A stretch of 64,000 nucleotides of DNA from Amphiscolops sp. MND2022 (GCA_964187785.1 OZ076409.1:44394001-44458000), one strand, 5' to 3'; positions 36,801-48,648 are shown, counted from the first letter of the stretch. Notes: generated from the letters alone by a model not told the origin. Numbers and translations: made by a program.

Positions 36801-38695
36801 ACATATTGGGCACATTTATCCGCTTTCACCAGTGCATCAACGTATTCTCGCACCGTGCTGTTGAATGCTGATAGGGATCGGTTGAGTCCTTGTGCCAGTC
36901 GTAGATAAGCAAAGGTTCGACTTCCAAAATTAAATGCCAAGAGTTGTATGGATTGTTCATCCGCCATCTGCAAACAGTGGTACGCCTGCGAGCAGTCCAG
37001 CTTGCAGAAGTACTTCTTCCCTGCCATGTGCTGGGCGGCGTCGGCGATGGTGGTGACTAGATGATTATGTTGGTTGTAATCATTTTTCAAGAGGTGGTTG
37101 ATTCTGCGCAGGTCTACATGAATGCGAAGTTTCCCATTGGGTTTGCGCTGGGCAAATATTGGTGAGGAATACTTGCTGTACGGCAACGTCGTGATGATCC
37201 CGTACTCTTGCATCAGCGCTAGTTCGACGAGCAGGTCATATTTGAGGTTGGTGGGTGTAGGTAAGCTCTGCGCGTAGACTGGTTCATCATGCTTCGGAGT
37301 GAGTTTGATTTTGAAGTCAGTATTGATGCCTATGTCGAGGCGGTGTCTGGCGAATACATTGTTGTACTTCACAAGGAGGTTCTCAATTTGTTGTTGTTCG
37401 TGTTCATTCGGGATTGAGTTCTCCCATTTGAAGTTAGCAAGGAACTCCTTGCGTTGTTGGTCGTCTGCTGTTGGGTCCAGTTTCTCTTCTTCACGGAGTT
37501 GAGTGATTTCGTCATATATCCGCCTTTCAATGCGGTTCAGCTTGGACGGGTCGTCACATGTCTCCGGGGTTGGGTACCATCTGCGGTTGGTTTCAGTGCC
37601 GGGTTCCTGGAACAGTTGGTTCAGTACGTTGTTGGCTTCGTCCGGGTATTTGGTTATTAGTGTCAATTGTTCGTTTGACATTAGTTGTAGGTTTTTTGCT
37701 TGATTGGGAGTCATTATTTTGAAGGTGGCCACTGTCGTGTTCGGGTTGAGGGTAATTGCATGGCAAGTGAGGTTGGTGATCTGGACATGGCTTTTCTTCT
37801 CAGTGATTTGCGTTAGGGCGGGGGACACCAGTAATTGTGTCTTCCTTTCAAAGGCAGGAAAGGTTTCCACTGTGCCCTGGATTGTCCCGAGTTCCCTTTC
37901 TGCTAGGACGGGGACAATGATTTGGTGGTCCGGTTGTATGACTGTTTTCTGTGTCGTTCGTAATTCGATCATCTGGATTTTGTATCGTCCTCGTTCTGGT
38001 TTCAGTTGCAGGGTAATATCCGGGAACTTGACTACGTTGTTGGCAAGGTCAAGTGTCACTGAGTACTTTTTGAAAAATGACATTCCGATCAAGATGTTAC
38101 CCATGGTTGGAAGAATCATGAAGGTTTCCTCGAATACTTTACCTCCGATGAAGAAGCGAAGTAGTACCTGTTTCCGGACCGGGACGATGCTTCCGTTTGC
38201 GATTTGGACTTTGAAGTCCGGTGCTGGGTACTCTTCGAGAAGTGCGGCTGGGTGTGCAGACAGGATTCGTCTGAGTTCGTCTTCTGACATTGCACTTCTT
38301 ATTGCTCCTGTGTCGAGGAGTCCGTGGTTCTCGTATTCTCGGAATTGCAATGGGACGTACAACATCTTGTCCTTTTTGTTTAATTGGAGTGTTGCTGTTA
38401 ACACCTGGATCGCCACGTCTTTCTTTCGGTTCATTGTTTTCCTTGTACAGTCAGTCGTTGTAGTCGAGTTAGAGTGCTGTTTGTCTTCTGTCGTTTGTAA
38501 GTTCACGTCCGTTGGTTCGGAGGGAGGGTTCACTTTGTCATTGGTTGTTTCGTGGGTAGTTGTAGTCTTAGGTTTCTGATCCTGCCGAAGATCAGTTGCC
38601 CGGTTTTTGTAGTTCTTTGTGTAGTAGTAGTTGTTCATGTTGCGCACTTTGTTATTGTAATAGTCAGTCGGATGACGTGGCTTCAGAAGTTTTTT
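33891..38695 (-). CDS. pol: Pol polyprotein (protease, RT, RNase H, integrase), split by a 1-bp deletion near 36076
   Basis: LLDTGA, YVDD, MCDAS, HHCC (HNDPLQGH...CQDC), DDE (EIDLVG/TDKG/ERSH) and WEGPY motifs. Restoring one C in CCCC gives KRIPPKLWNYCD...ADYLSR in frame with ORF 33891-35786. Confidence 0.95.
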
Positions 38696-40216
38696 GGCTG
38701 GCTGGATGATCCTTCGGTGAATTCCTGTTGGTAGTAGTCATCACTGGTTTGCTGTTGTTGGTCCCCTGGTGCAAGTTCGTTCATTTCATTTGCTGGGTAA
38801 GGAGTTGTGTGCTCTTCGGAAGTCGCGTCGGAAGTCCCTGTTTTCATTTGTGGTTTGCCTATTGTATGGCACGCTTCCGTAGGCGGAGGTTTGGGGTATT
38901 CTGTAACGGCAGTCTTTTGCGGAGTGACCTGTATATCCGCAAATTTGGCAGACCAGTTTGGCATTGTATTTTGGTTGTGTTTCTGCGTTGTTATTTTGCT
39001 GTTCGGGCTTTTTCTGAGGTTGTGAGTTGTTGTTGCCTGCTGCTTCGTCACGCAGTCGTTTTCGGCACTCAGCCCATTTGTGTCCGTAAATTGCGCAGTA
39101 TCTGCAGTTGCCATCGAATTTCTTTTTGATTGTTGGTCGTTCGTTTTCGTTCCTCTTCTGAACAACTGGCTTCTCTGGGACTTCTTGTGTCTGGATAGCT
39201 TGGTTGAACGGTTGGAGGAGTTGTTGGTTTGGTAGTAACTGGGCATATTGACATCTTCTCTGGACGAATGTTTTGATGTCTTCAATGCTGGCATTGTGTT
39301 TTCCTGCAATTGCCAGTTCGTTTTGGAGCTGGATCGGTAATTTGGCAAATAGGAAGGTCTGGACAATTTCCTGTGCCTTTTCGCCGTAGGCTTGTTTGGC
39401 AATCTTTTTGTAATTGGCGAGGAAGGTACTGAATGACTCAGTGGCCGGATCGTATCGTAGCTGGTCGAATTTGAACTTCGAGACTTCTGAGAGTTCTTCC
39501 TTTGCGTATTCTTTTTTGAATGCCGTCAGTATATCTCTCAGTGTCGTTTCTGTCATGATTGTTAGGGTTTGCCAAAACTCAATTGCGTCATCTCTGAGAA
39601 GACTCTGAAAGTAGTTGAGTTTTTGTTCTTCGGTTAGTTTGTGGGCATGTGGTCGTAAGTGGTTGAGCAATAAACGCTCGAATTCATTGTATTTGTCTCG
39701 ATTTCCCTTGAATAGAGGTATTTGGGTCTGCAGGATTTGTGGATGGGTCAAGGTTTCCCCCATTGTACTGCGGAGATGGTGGATTTCCGTCATCCCATCT
39801 GCTATCTGCGGAATACTTTCGTCACTCCTTGGTGTCCCGTTGGGTGGTGTTGTTCGAGATCCTGATGGTCGTGGGTTCGAGACTCCTGTCACCATGTCGG
39901 AACGACTGTCAGTACTTGTAGTTGCTGGATTCAGCCTGTTCCCTTCCCCATTAACGGAGGCAAACTGATTGGTCAGTGTAAGGACGATATTGGTAAGGTC
40001 ACCGATTTGTCTATTTATCTCATTAAATCGTTGGTCAATGTTATAACTGTTACCATTTTGACGTCTAGTTAAAACGTCGTCGGAGTCAAGGTCTACCATT
40101 TGGTCTCTGGATAAAAGTTCAGGGAAACTGGCTTCACTTTCGTTATCGCTTGATCTATCCATATTTTCAGTTTCTACTTGTCTATTTTGACTACTTTGAG
40201 ATCTGGTAATTACCAT
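38683..40216 (-). CDS. gag: Gag, starting inside the 5' LTR. Probable 1-bp insertion near 38800 truncates the annotated ORF at 38786.
   Basis: Retrotransposon gag core (IPLFKG...LRDDAIEFW) and two CCHC knuckles, CRYCAIYGHKWAEC and CQICGYTGHSAKDC. Removing one base joins it to ...YPANEMNEL...QPKNF*, which ends at the slippery site. Confidence 0.92.
38689..38695 (-). promoter_or_regulatory. -1 ribosomal frameshift slippery heptamer A AAA AAC (gag/pol)
   Basis: CAG CCA AAA AAC TTC TGA ends gag. The -1 frame reads KLLKPRHPTDYYNNKVRNM straight into the pol ORF. Confidence 0.8.
39871..39894 (-). promoter_or_regulatory. Primer binding site (tRNA-Leu-like)
   Basis: Minus strand TGGTGACAGGAGT directly after the LTR, followed by TCGAACCCAC complementary to a tRNA T-arm. 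Confidence 0.8.
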
Positions 40217-40977
40217 GAAAAGTCTGGAAGTTTTAAGTTGAATTGAAATGTTTTAATGTTAAAATAAGGATTGATAACTCGTAAGCAAGGTAGTAGGCAA
40301 CTGGTTATATCAATGGTTACAACTCGAGAGTGAGTTCGGTTTTACCCGATTGTGTAACTATAAAGGTGTGTTAGCACCTTTCCTTTTAGCCAATGACATT
40401 CGATTTACTAATTGCTGTTTAATTGCACTTGACGACTAGTGGCTACAGTCGTGACGGGTGATAATCGGCGTTTAATTATTCATGTTTGATCCAGTATGAC
40501 CGCAAGCACCAGTCATTTTAGCACGCAATTGTCTCAATTGCCTCTTAAACTGAGGCTTTACTACCGCGTGTTCTTATCATCATGGTGACTGATTCAATTA
40601 TCGTTTGGAGGATAATTACTAAAAGGCATTGTACAAATTGCTAATATGAATGAACGAAATGTAGTTGTTATGAATGATTGAATATTCTGGTAATACTTTA
40701 CATGTAATATAAAAAATGGATGAAGAATGATTAAATCACAAACTATCACGATAGCTGATGACTGATTGTTTCAGTCTTGGTTTCTAAACGATGCACAATA
40801 ATATGAATGAATTTAGTATTGATGACTGTTAGTTCCAGTCGTTATACTCTCAACTGTATTGTTCGGGGAATAAATTACTGCAATGTATTTTCATGATGAT
40901 CTGTATTTTAGGGAGTTTGATGTATAAATTAATGTTTTAGAGTTCGTTTAATTCCTTCATGCTTGGCGGGCATGACA
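39895..40977 (-). repeat. 5' LTR of element A
   Basis: Direct repeat of 26068-27150, followed on the minus strand by the PBS. Confidence 0.97.
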
Positions 40978-41194
40978 GACAGTCAATGTAAAATAGGATT
41001 ATGTCGACATCAATTATTTTATTGGACTAAAATTTCAACGCAAACTATGTCGACATAATGGTATTTGAACCTTCTGTCTTATTCCCCCCCCGCTGTAGTT
41101 TGGGCGGAAATAGATGACATGGTGCAAATATTTTTATTCAAGAACAAAATGTGCTTTCGTGTTGGGGGATATTTTGCTGACAATATTTTGCTGT

Positions 41195-41357
41195 TTCGCT
41201 GACAGTTTCGGGTTCAGTTTACAAGATGTTAAAATGTTTGACCGTCTAGGAGACTTTTCCCACATTTTGTTTGACCTGGCCAATCTAGATTGCTATACAA
41301 TATCCTTGATTGCGACATCCTTGATGACCCCAAAACCAGAACTCAATTCTCTAATGT
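41195..41357 (+). pseudogene. Short duplicated fragment of PPP1R3 exon 1
   Basis: Nearly identical to ~42911-43078 (FADSFGFSLQDVKMFDRL...) with a small deletion and a few substitutions. Confidence 0.85.
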
Positions 41358-41370
41358 AATGCAAATATTT

Positions 41371-41683
41371 GGATCTCTTTCACTATGTCCCCCCCCCCCT
41401 ATATCACTCGTTACACTATGTCCCCCCTAGAGAGAAAGAATGTTTGTGGCCTATTTATATTCATCTCCTATTGGCTAATCTCAAATGCTCTGTCAATCAA
41501 TTGATCTCGTCATAACTAACGACCCTTTTTATTGGTTCTTATTATGAATCCCCACTCAGCCAATCAGAAGCGTTGTTAGATAAGAGCAGATCTGCGCTAT
41601 TAGAATGTGCAATACATGTATTTAATAGCGTTTCACTATGTCCCCCCTTTTTGCTGTAGGGGGGGATATAGTGAAAGAGATCC
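41371..41683. mobile_element. MITE with 8 bp TSD (Merlin-like); second, left-truncated copy at ~46089-46385
   Basis: TIRs GGATCTCTTTCACTATGTCCCCCCC / GGGGGGGATATAGTGAAAGAGATCC and TSD AAATATTT. The empty site is visible at ~41124-41172. Confidence 0.8.
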
Positions 41684-42824
41684 AAATATTTTTATTCAAG
41701 AACACAATGTGCTTTCGTGTTGGGGGATATTCCAACAAGGTGTACCTGGAGGGGGGAGGGGCGGGTGTAGGTAAGAGATGACATGGTCCCAATTATTTTA
41801 ATGAATTGAATTTTCATCGCAAACGATGTCGACATAATGCACCATGGAGTTCGAACCTTTCTTATCAAGAAATATTGAACGAATTCACACTGGTTTGAGT
41901 GGAAACTCGTATAAGGCTTGATGAAACACGATCGATCGCTTTTTGCAGCATTCACAGACGCACTAGAATGTACGTATCTTTTAGTCTTTCTGCAGAGGTC
42001 GTTCACTTTGATTGATTCTCCGACTGTTTGACATCAAAATATTATTGTTTGGCTGTGTGTGTCACTTGAATTACAGCACGCGTTGAACAAATGGAGTTCG
42101 ACTGGTTGTGATGTTTAAACACATGAACAGACCGAGATTTTTGACTCATATCGCGTGAACAAACTATTATCGTTAATTTAACTTCTAATATTGATGTCAG
42201 TAACGAACTTCATTAGTATACGAGTTCCAGTGGGTATAATAACGCCCCATACTTGACTTTGACATTAAATTGAAGCATAAAACTTGGCATTTTGATATAA
42301 ATGGTCTGATTTCCATTACATGTATACAAGGCTATATCCATCTTATTCCAGTTTCCACCCCTCGGTGTTATTGAAATCGTGATAATCGGCTGCATCGGTA
42401 CTCTTTTGACTTTCGGTAGTCGGTCATCAAAGCAGAATCTTGAGTAACCAACTAGATCTGCTATTCAACCTAATGTTTCGACTTCTCGTTTCGTTTCCAA
42501 TTGAACATTCAATCGGCGAATTAGCGAGCCAATGAAATTATCGAACGCTGTGACGTCACCATGTCTTTGATTCTGCTCCGATAACTTTAGACACGAGCAA
42601 AACATTCTCTTACCATTTATCAAACCAATTTTATATCGCTTCACTTGCCGCTCGCTGCACAGAACTAAAATTAAACTGACTGGTACGATTATATGACGTG
42701 TAAATCTAGTTCACGCACAAAATTTCACGACCTCTGCTAAAAATTTTTATGACCTCCAATAAACTGCGGCAACATTACATACCTTTTAATTTATAGAAAC
42801 ACATCTTTGAATTGAATTTAAAAT

Positions 42825-43946
42825 ATGATCAGAACACACAAACATTTTTTATCCAACAGACCCAAGACATCAATCCTGCAGCGAAAACCTGAAATCAAGA
42901 AAAGCGTATCGTTCGCTGACAGTTTCGGGTTCAGTTTACAAGATGTTAAAATGTTTGACCGTCTAGAAGACTTTTCCCACATTTTGTTTGACCTGGCCAA
43001 TCTAGATTGCTGGAAGTACAATATCCTTGATTGCAACATCCGTGATGACCCCAAAACCAGAACTCAATTCTCTAATGTGAGTTCTAGAGATGTTGACACC
43101 CTCACAGAACTGCTAAATGCGAAAACTTACAGTTGCACACCTCTCATCTCTCCCAAATTCTCCCAAATTTCTCCTACCAGCAAAGTCAATAATTACACAC
43201 AAACCCTTCAAAGAAATACTTCAGCTAAAGGTGTGCAAAAATCCATTATTGAATTGACAAAAATATTATTTCAAGGCAAAAAACGTTCGTAAAAGAAAAC
43301 ATTTTATTGTATCTTTACTGTTTGCAAACTCTTGCGAAAAATCAAACAAACTCTTGCAATTTTTGGCAATCGAATGATTCATGAAAACTTTTTTTGACAA
43401 TCTCCAATTTTCCCAGATCTGAAAAATCATGCATTATATTCAGTGTTTACAATTTTCTATTGCACTATTCCGATTTTTCTACACATTAGTTTCCTTTCAG
43501 AAGTGAAGAAAGAAACTCCACAACCCTTGGAAGTTTATTATATTCCTTCTTTTAAAGTTTCCTCCACATGCGAGCCAGAAATCTGTCAGTACTTGGAAGT
43601 AAAATTGGAGAGTCTTCGCCACACGTCCACTTTCAGTCTCACCGGAACTGTGGTTGTCAGGAATATCTGTTTTTCCAAAAGCGTCCAAATTCGCATTACT
43701 GGCAATTCATGGAAAACTTTCGATTGCATCACTGCCACTTATAAAAATGCCAAATGCCAGCATCTGGATAGATTTTGCTTCGACGTGGACTTATTGAACT
43801 TCTCAGGAGAACAGCGAGAACCCTCAACCCTCAAATTACCGGTCACACTAGAGCTGTGTGTCAACTACATAGCCGGAGAAAACAATTTGACTTTTTGGGA
43901 TAATAATTGCGGATCAAACTATAAACTGTACAAAGTTGCCATCTAA
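42825..43946 (+). CDS. PPP1R3: Protein phosphatase 1 glycogen-targeting regulatory subunit (CBM21), copy 1; join(42825..43230,43501..43946), 283 aa
   Basis: KKSVSFAD PP1-docking motif. CBM21 motifs GTVVVRNICFSKSVQIR...W, DRFCF and FWDNNCGSNY. Phase-1 GT-AG intron. Confidence 0.9.
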
Positions 43947-44293
43947 TTTTTAACTTCCATTTTGCTGGTGATATCAATTACTTGATCATTTGTGTTCATC
44001 TAGTACCTTGTCAATTTTTATTGCTCTTCGTGTATTTGTTTGATATGACCCTTGCAAACTCTTAACTATTCATCTTAGGATGACGGAACTTTCTGAGTAA
44101 ATTTCTATTACTTGTTTTTGTGCTGATCTGAAATTCTACCAAAAATGACTTTTAAAAGACGTAGCTTTCTTTACTTAGAAAAAGCCCATGGAAAAGAAAA
44201 AGCACACGAAAACTAACATCGGCGAGTTTTCAGTGGAAATTCATTTGGAAAAAAAACATTGATATCCTAGGTTGAAATCCTACAATTAAATTC

Positions 44294-45162
44294 AACAAGT
44301 CATGAACGACCCAAGTCGGCGCTCGGCTCAAGGTTCAAAAAAGAGGCAAGTTTTTTTATATATGCAAAAGAACACAATTATGAAAATTTTATCAAATTTA
44401 CAACGGCAAAAATACTCGAAGTGATACCCACAAAACTCCTTTTTCCCCAACTCGAAACATCCAAAAACCCAAAGTTTCCATTTTTTTTTCGGAAGTGTGT
44501 GTCGAAAAAGGAGCTTTCAACTCGCACAACTACTTTTTTCCAAGCAGAAATCAGTTACGAAAGAAAGGGGTACCCTTTAACCAAATGAAAGTTTTTTTCG
44601 GAAAAAAGTCGCAGAGTTGAAAAACCGTTGAGAAAACTCTAGTTCCACAGGATCAAAAACTACCAAACAGGCCACCTTCAAGACTCTGGGAAACTATTTT
44701 CTATTTTCCTTTACAGAAATTCTCAAAAATGTGAAACTTTTCGAAGTTTTTTCAATTTTATTAATACTTCGGTAAACTGCACAGTGCCGAAAAGCCAGAA
44801 GTGGCCATCTATATTAGCAAAACGCTTTGTTTCTGCTGAAAATCAAGGGAGGGGGTTCAGGTTTGACAAAAACAAACGTCGCATAGTGCCGAAAAATCTC
44901 AAATGAGGCCCTTTGGTCTCCCCTCTACTTTTGCAAGCATTAAAAAGTCATTCAGTTCAGTTCGAGACTCGAACCCACGAACTTCTGCTTCCCAGACATT
45001 AAAAAATCCGCGTAAACTTTAGGCCAAGCGGCACTTAGTTGTAAATACGTTACAGCTCAGTGGTGGTAGCTCATATTGCATATAGAAATATGTCAGTTCG
45101 CTGGCCTTTAAAAAAGCCACTGCTATAGTCAGGTCTTCTCTTCGAGAAGCGCCGACTAAAAA
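44294..45162 (-). mobile_element. DINE/HINE-like element (duplicate at ~48996-49865)
   Basis: subTIRs AGTCGGCGC (44314) and GCGCCGACT (45149). B-box-like GGTTCGAGTCT on the minus strand at ~44966-44976. Confidence 0.65.
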
Positions 45163-45237
45163 GACGCTGTACAACAAAGTACAGAAGTACGCTAAGTACA
45201 GTAGTTTTTAAAAATTTTAATCTGTAATTGCTTTAAC

Positions 45238-46057
45238 TTTTTGTCGGTGCTTTTCAGAAAAGAGCGACTATAGTCATGGCTTTTCGTCAGTTTTTTTCGA
45301 TATCCCTGAACTGTCCAATAGTTCTACCAAAAGATCTCCAATTTTACAAAGTCAGTCAGTCAGTTGGCCTAGTAGTCAGCGCGGATTTCCCGCGGTCTAA
45401 GAAGCAGGGCGCACTGGACCAAGAAACTTGTTTGCAAAAGTAGGGGGAAAACCAAAGGATCTCCCCTTCAGAATTTTTTCCTGCACTATGCGACTTTCCT
45501 TCGGACCTCTTTCGCTTTTCAGCAGCAACAACGTTTTGCGGGCGTAGATGGAGACTTTCAGTTTTTTCGGCACCATACAATTTACAGCGTTAAAACAATT
45601 GGAAAATGATTTTCCTGAAATATTTTTCCACAATTTCTGTTTTCTCCAAAAGAAATATGTTTCCCGACTCTTGAGGTGTTTCCTGACCTCTGTTACTTTT
45701 TGATGAGTTTTTTAACGATTGTGGAAAATAACCAGCTTTTTCGTCTCAGCGTGTTTCCGGAACTTTCATTTGTCGAAGGGTACCCCTCGCTTTCATAGCT
45801 GACTTCGGCTTGAAAAACAAGTTTTTTGAGCTGAAACCTTTTTCGGCAGTATGAGACTTTTCTGAAAAAACGCCCAAAAATTTCAAATGTTTTTTTTTGT
45901 ATGTTTCTAGTTAGGGCAAATGTGGTTTCGGAGACTTATGCAAATCCCTTGGGGTATTTTCTGGCACTGAGAAACTGCAAAAAGCTGAAAGTTGTGTCTT
46001 TTGCATATAGAAAAAAGTTTGAGCGGGGCGCCGAATACGACCGGTCCTGGCTTGTTT
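45238..46057 (+). mobile_element. DINE/HINE-like element, head-to-head with the previous one (duplicate at ~49941-50760)
   Basis: 5' TTGTCGGTGC...GCGACTA and 3' GGCGCCGAAT...CCGGTCCTGGCTTGTT. Confidence 0.65.
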
Positions 46058-47526
46058 CCGTATTCAAATCGATCAATTTTCCTTAACTCCCCCCCCCCCC
46101 CTATATCACTCGTTACACTATGTCCCCCCTAGAGAGAAAGAATGTTTGTGGCCTATTTATATTCATCTCCTATTGGCTAATCTCAAATGCTCTGTCAATC
46201 AATTGATCTCGTCATAACTAACGACCCTTTTTATTGGTTCTTATTATGAATCCCCACTCAGCCAATCAGAAGCGTTGTTAGATAAGAGCAGATCTGCGCT
46301 ATTAGAATGTGCAATACATGTATTTAATAGCGTTTCACTATGTCCCCCCTTTTTGCTGTAGGGGGGGATATAGTGAAAGAGATCCAAATATTTTTATTCA
46401 AGAACACAATGTGCTTTCGTGTTGGGGGATATTCCAACAAGGTGTACCTGGAGGGGGGAGGGGCGGGTGTAGGTAAGAGATGACATGGTCCCAATTATTT
46501 TAATGAATTGAATTTTCATCGCAAACGATGTCGACATAATGCACCATGGAGTTCGAACCTTTCTTATCAAGAAATATTGAACGAATTCACACTGGTTTGA
46601 GTGGAAACTCGTATAAGGCTTGATGAAACACGATCGATCGCTTTTTGCAGCATTCACAGACGCACTAGAATGTACGTATCTTTTAGTCTTTCTGCAGAGG
46701 TCGTTCACTTTGATTGATTCTCCGACTGTTTGACATCAAAATATTATTGTTTGGCTGTGTGTGTCACTTGAATTACAGCACGCGTTGAACAAATGGAGTT
46801 CGACTGGTTGTGATGTTTAAACACATGAACAGACCGAGATTTTTGACTCATATCGCGTGAACAAACTATTATCGTTAATTTAACTTCTAATATTGATGTC
46901 AGTAACGAACTTCATTAGTATACGAGTTCCAGTGGGTATAATAACGCCCCATACTTGACTTTGACATTAAATTGAAGCATAAAACTTGGCATTTTGATAT
47001 AAATGGTCTGATTTCCATTACATGTATACAAGGCTATATCCATCTTATTCCAGTTTCCACCCCTCGGTGTTATTGAAATCGTGATAATCGGCTGCATCGG
47101 TACTCTTTTGACTTTCGGTAGTCGGTCATCAAAGCAGAATCTTGAGTAACCAACTAGATCTGCTATTCAACCTAATGTTTCGACTTCTCGTTTCGTTTCC
47201 AATTGAACATTCAATCGGCGAATTAGCGAGCCAATGAAATTATCGAACGCTGTGACGTCACCATGTCTTTGATTCTGCTCCGATAACTTTAGACACGAGC
47301 AAAACATTCTCTTACCATTTATCAAACCAATTTTATATCGCTTCACTTGCCGCTCGCTGCACAGAACTAAAATTAAACTGACTGGTACGATTATATGACG
47401 TGTAAATCTAGTTCACGCACAAAATTTCACGACCTCTGCTAAAAATTTTTATGACCTCCAATAAACTGCGGCAACATTACATACCTTTTAATTTATAGAA
47501 ACACATCTTTGAATTGAATTTAAAAT

Positions 47527-48648
47527 ATGATCAGAACACACAAACATTTTTTATCCAACAGACCCAAGACATCAATCCTGCAGCGAAAACCTGAAATCAA
47601 GAAAAGCGTATCGTTCGCTGACAGTTTCGGGTTCAGTTTACAAGATGTTAAAATGTTTGACCGTCTAGAAGACTTTTCCCACATTTTGTTTGACCTGGCC
47701 AATCTAGATTGCTGGAAGTACAATATCCTTGATTGCAACATCCGTGATGACCCCAAAACCAGAACTCAATTCTCTAATGTGAGTTCTAGAGATGTTGACA
47801 CCCTCACAGAACTGCTAAATGCGAAAACTTACAGTTGCACACCTCTCATCTCTCCCAAATTCTCCCAAATTTCTCCTACCAGCAAAGTCAATAATTACAC
47901 ACAAACCCTTCAAAGAAATACTTCAGCTAAAGGTGTGCAAAAATCCATTATTGAATTGACAAAAATATTATTTCAAGGCAAAAAACGTTCGTAAAAGAAA
48001 ACATTTTATTGTATCTTTACTGTTTGCAAACTCTTGCGAAAAATCAAACAAACTCTTGCAATTTTTGGCAATCGAATGATTCATGAAAACTTTTTTTGAC
48101 AATCTCCAATTTTCCCAGATCTGAAAAATCATGCATTATATTCAGTGTTTACAATTTTCTATTGCACTATTCCGATTTTTCTACACATTAGTTTCCTTTC
48201 AGAAGTGAAGAAAGAAACTCCACAACCCTTGGAAGTTTATTATATTCCTTCTTTTAAAGTTTCCTCCACATGCGAGCCAGAAATCTGTCAGTACTTGGAA
48301 GTAAAATTGGAGAGTCTTCGCCACACGTCCACTTTCAGTCTCACCGGAACTGTGGTTGTCAGGAATATCTGTTTTTCCAAAAGCGTCCAAATTCGCATTA
48401 CTGGCAATTCATGGAAAACTTTCGATTGCATCACTGCCACTTATAAAAATGCCAAATGCCAGCATCTGGATAGATTTTGCTTCGACGTGGACTTATTGAA
48501 CTTCTCAGGAGAACAGCGAGAACCCTCAACCCTCAAATTACCGGTCACACTAGAGCTGTGTGTCAACTACATAGCCGGAGAAAACAATTTGACTTTTTGG
48601 GATAATAATTGCGGATCAAACTATAAACTGTACAAAGTTGCCATCTAA
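47527..48648 (+). CDS. PPP1R3: PP1 glycogen-targeting regulatory subunit, copy 2; join(47527..47932,48203..48648)
   Basis: Translation identical to copy 1. Confidence 0.88.

Larger units (their letters stand above)
26068..40977 (-). mobile_element. Full-length Ty3/Gypsy LTR retrotransposon A (14.9 kb) with antisense cargo gene
   Basis: Two 1083 bp TG...CA LTRs, perfect GACAG TSD (26063-26067, 40978-40982), PBS, PPT, gag, and PR-RT-RH-IN domain order. Confidence 0.97.
23480..41116. mobile_element. Foldback/long-TIR non-autonomous DNA element hosting two hAT elements and Gypsy A
   Basis: 23480-23765 is the reverse complement of 25910-26067 joined to 40983-41116 (the right arm is split by element A). 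A related GGTTCAAATACCATT terminus occurs at ~20672. Confidence 0.65.

Noticed and set aside
35511..39968. Plus-strand ORFs (e.g. 37704-38579, 35511-36071) opposite gag/pol
   Set aside because: Shadow frames of the coding strand with no recognisable motifs.
41692..42395. Short minus-strand ORFs repeated at 46394-47097
   Set aside because: They recur only because of the tandem duplication and have no coding signature.
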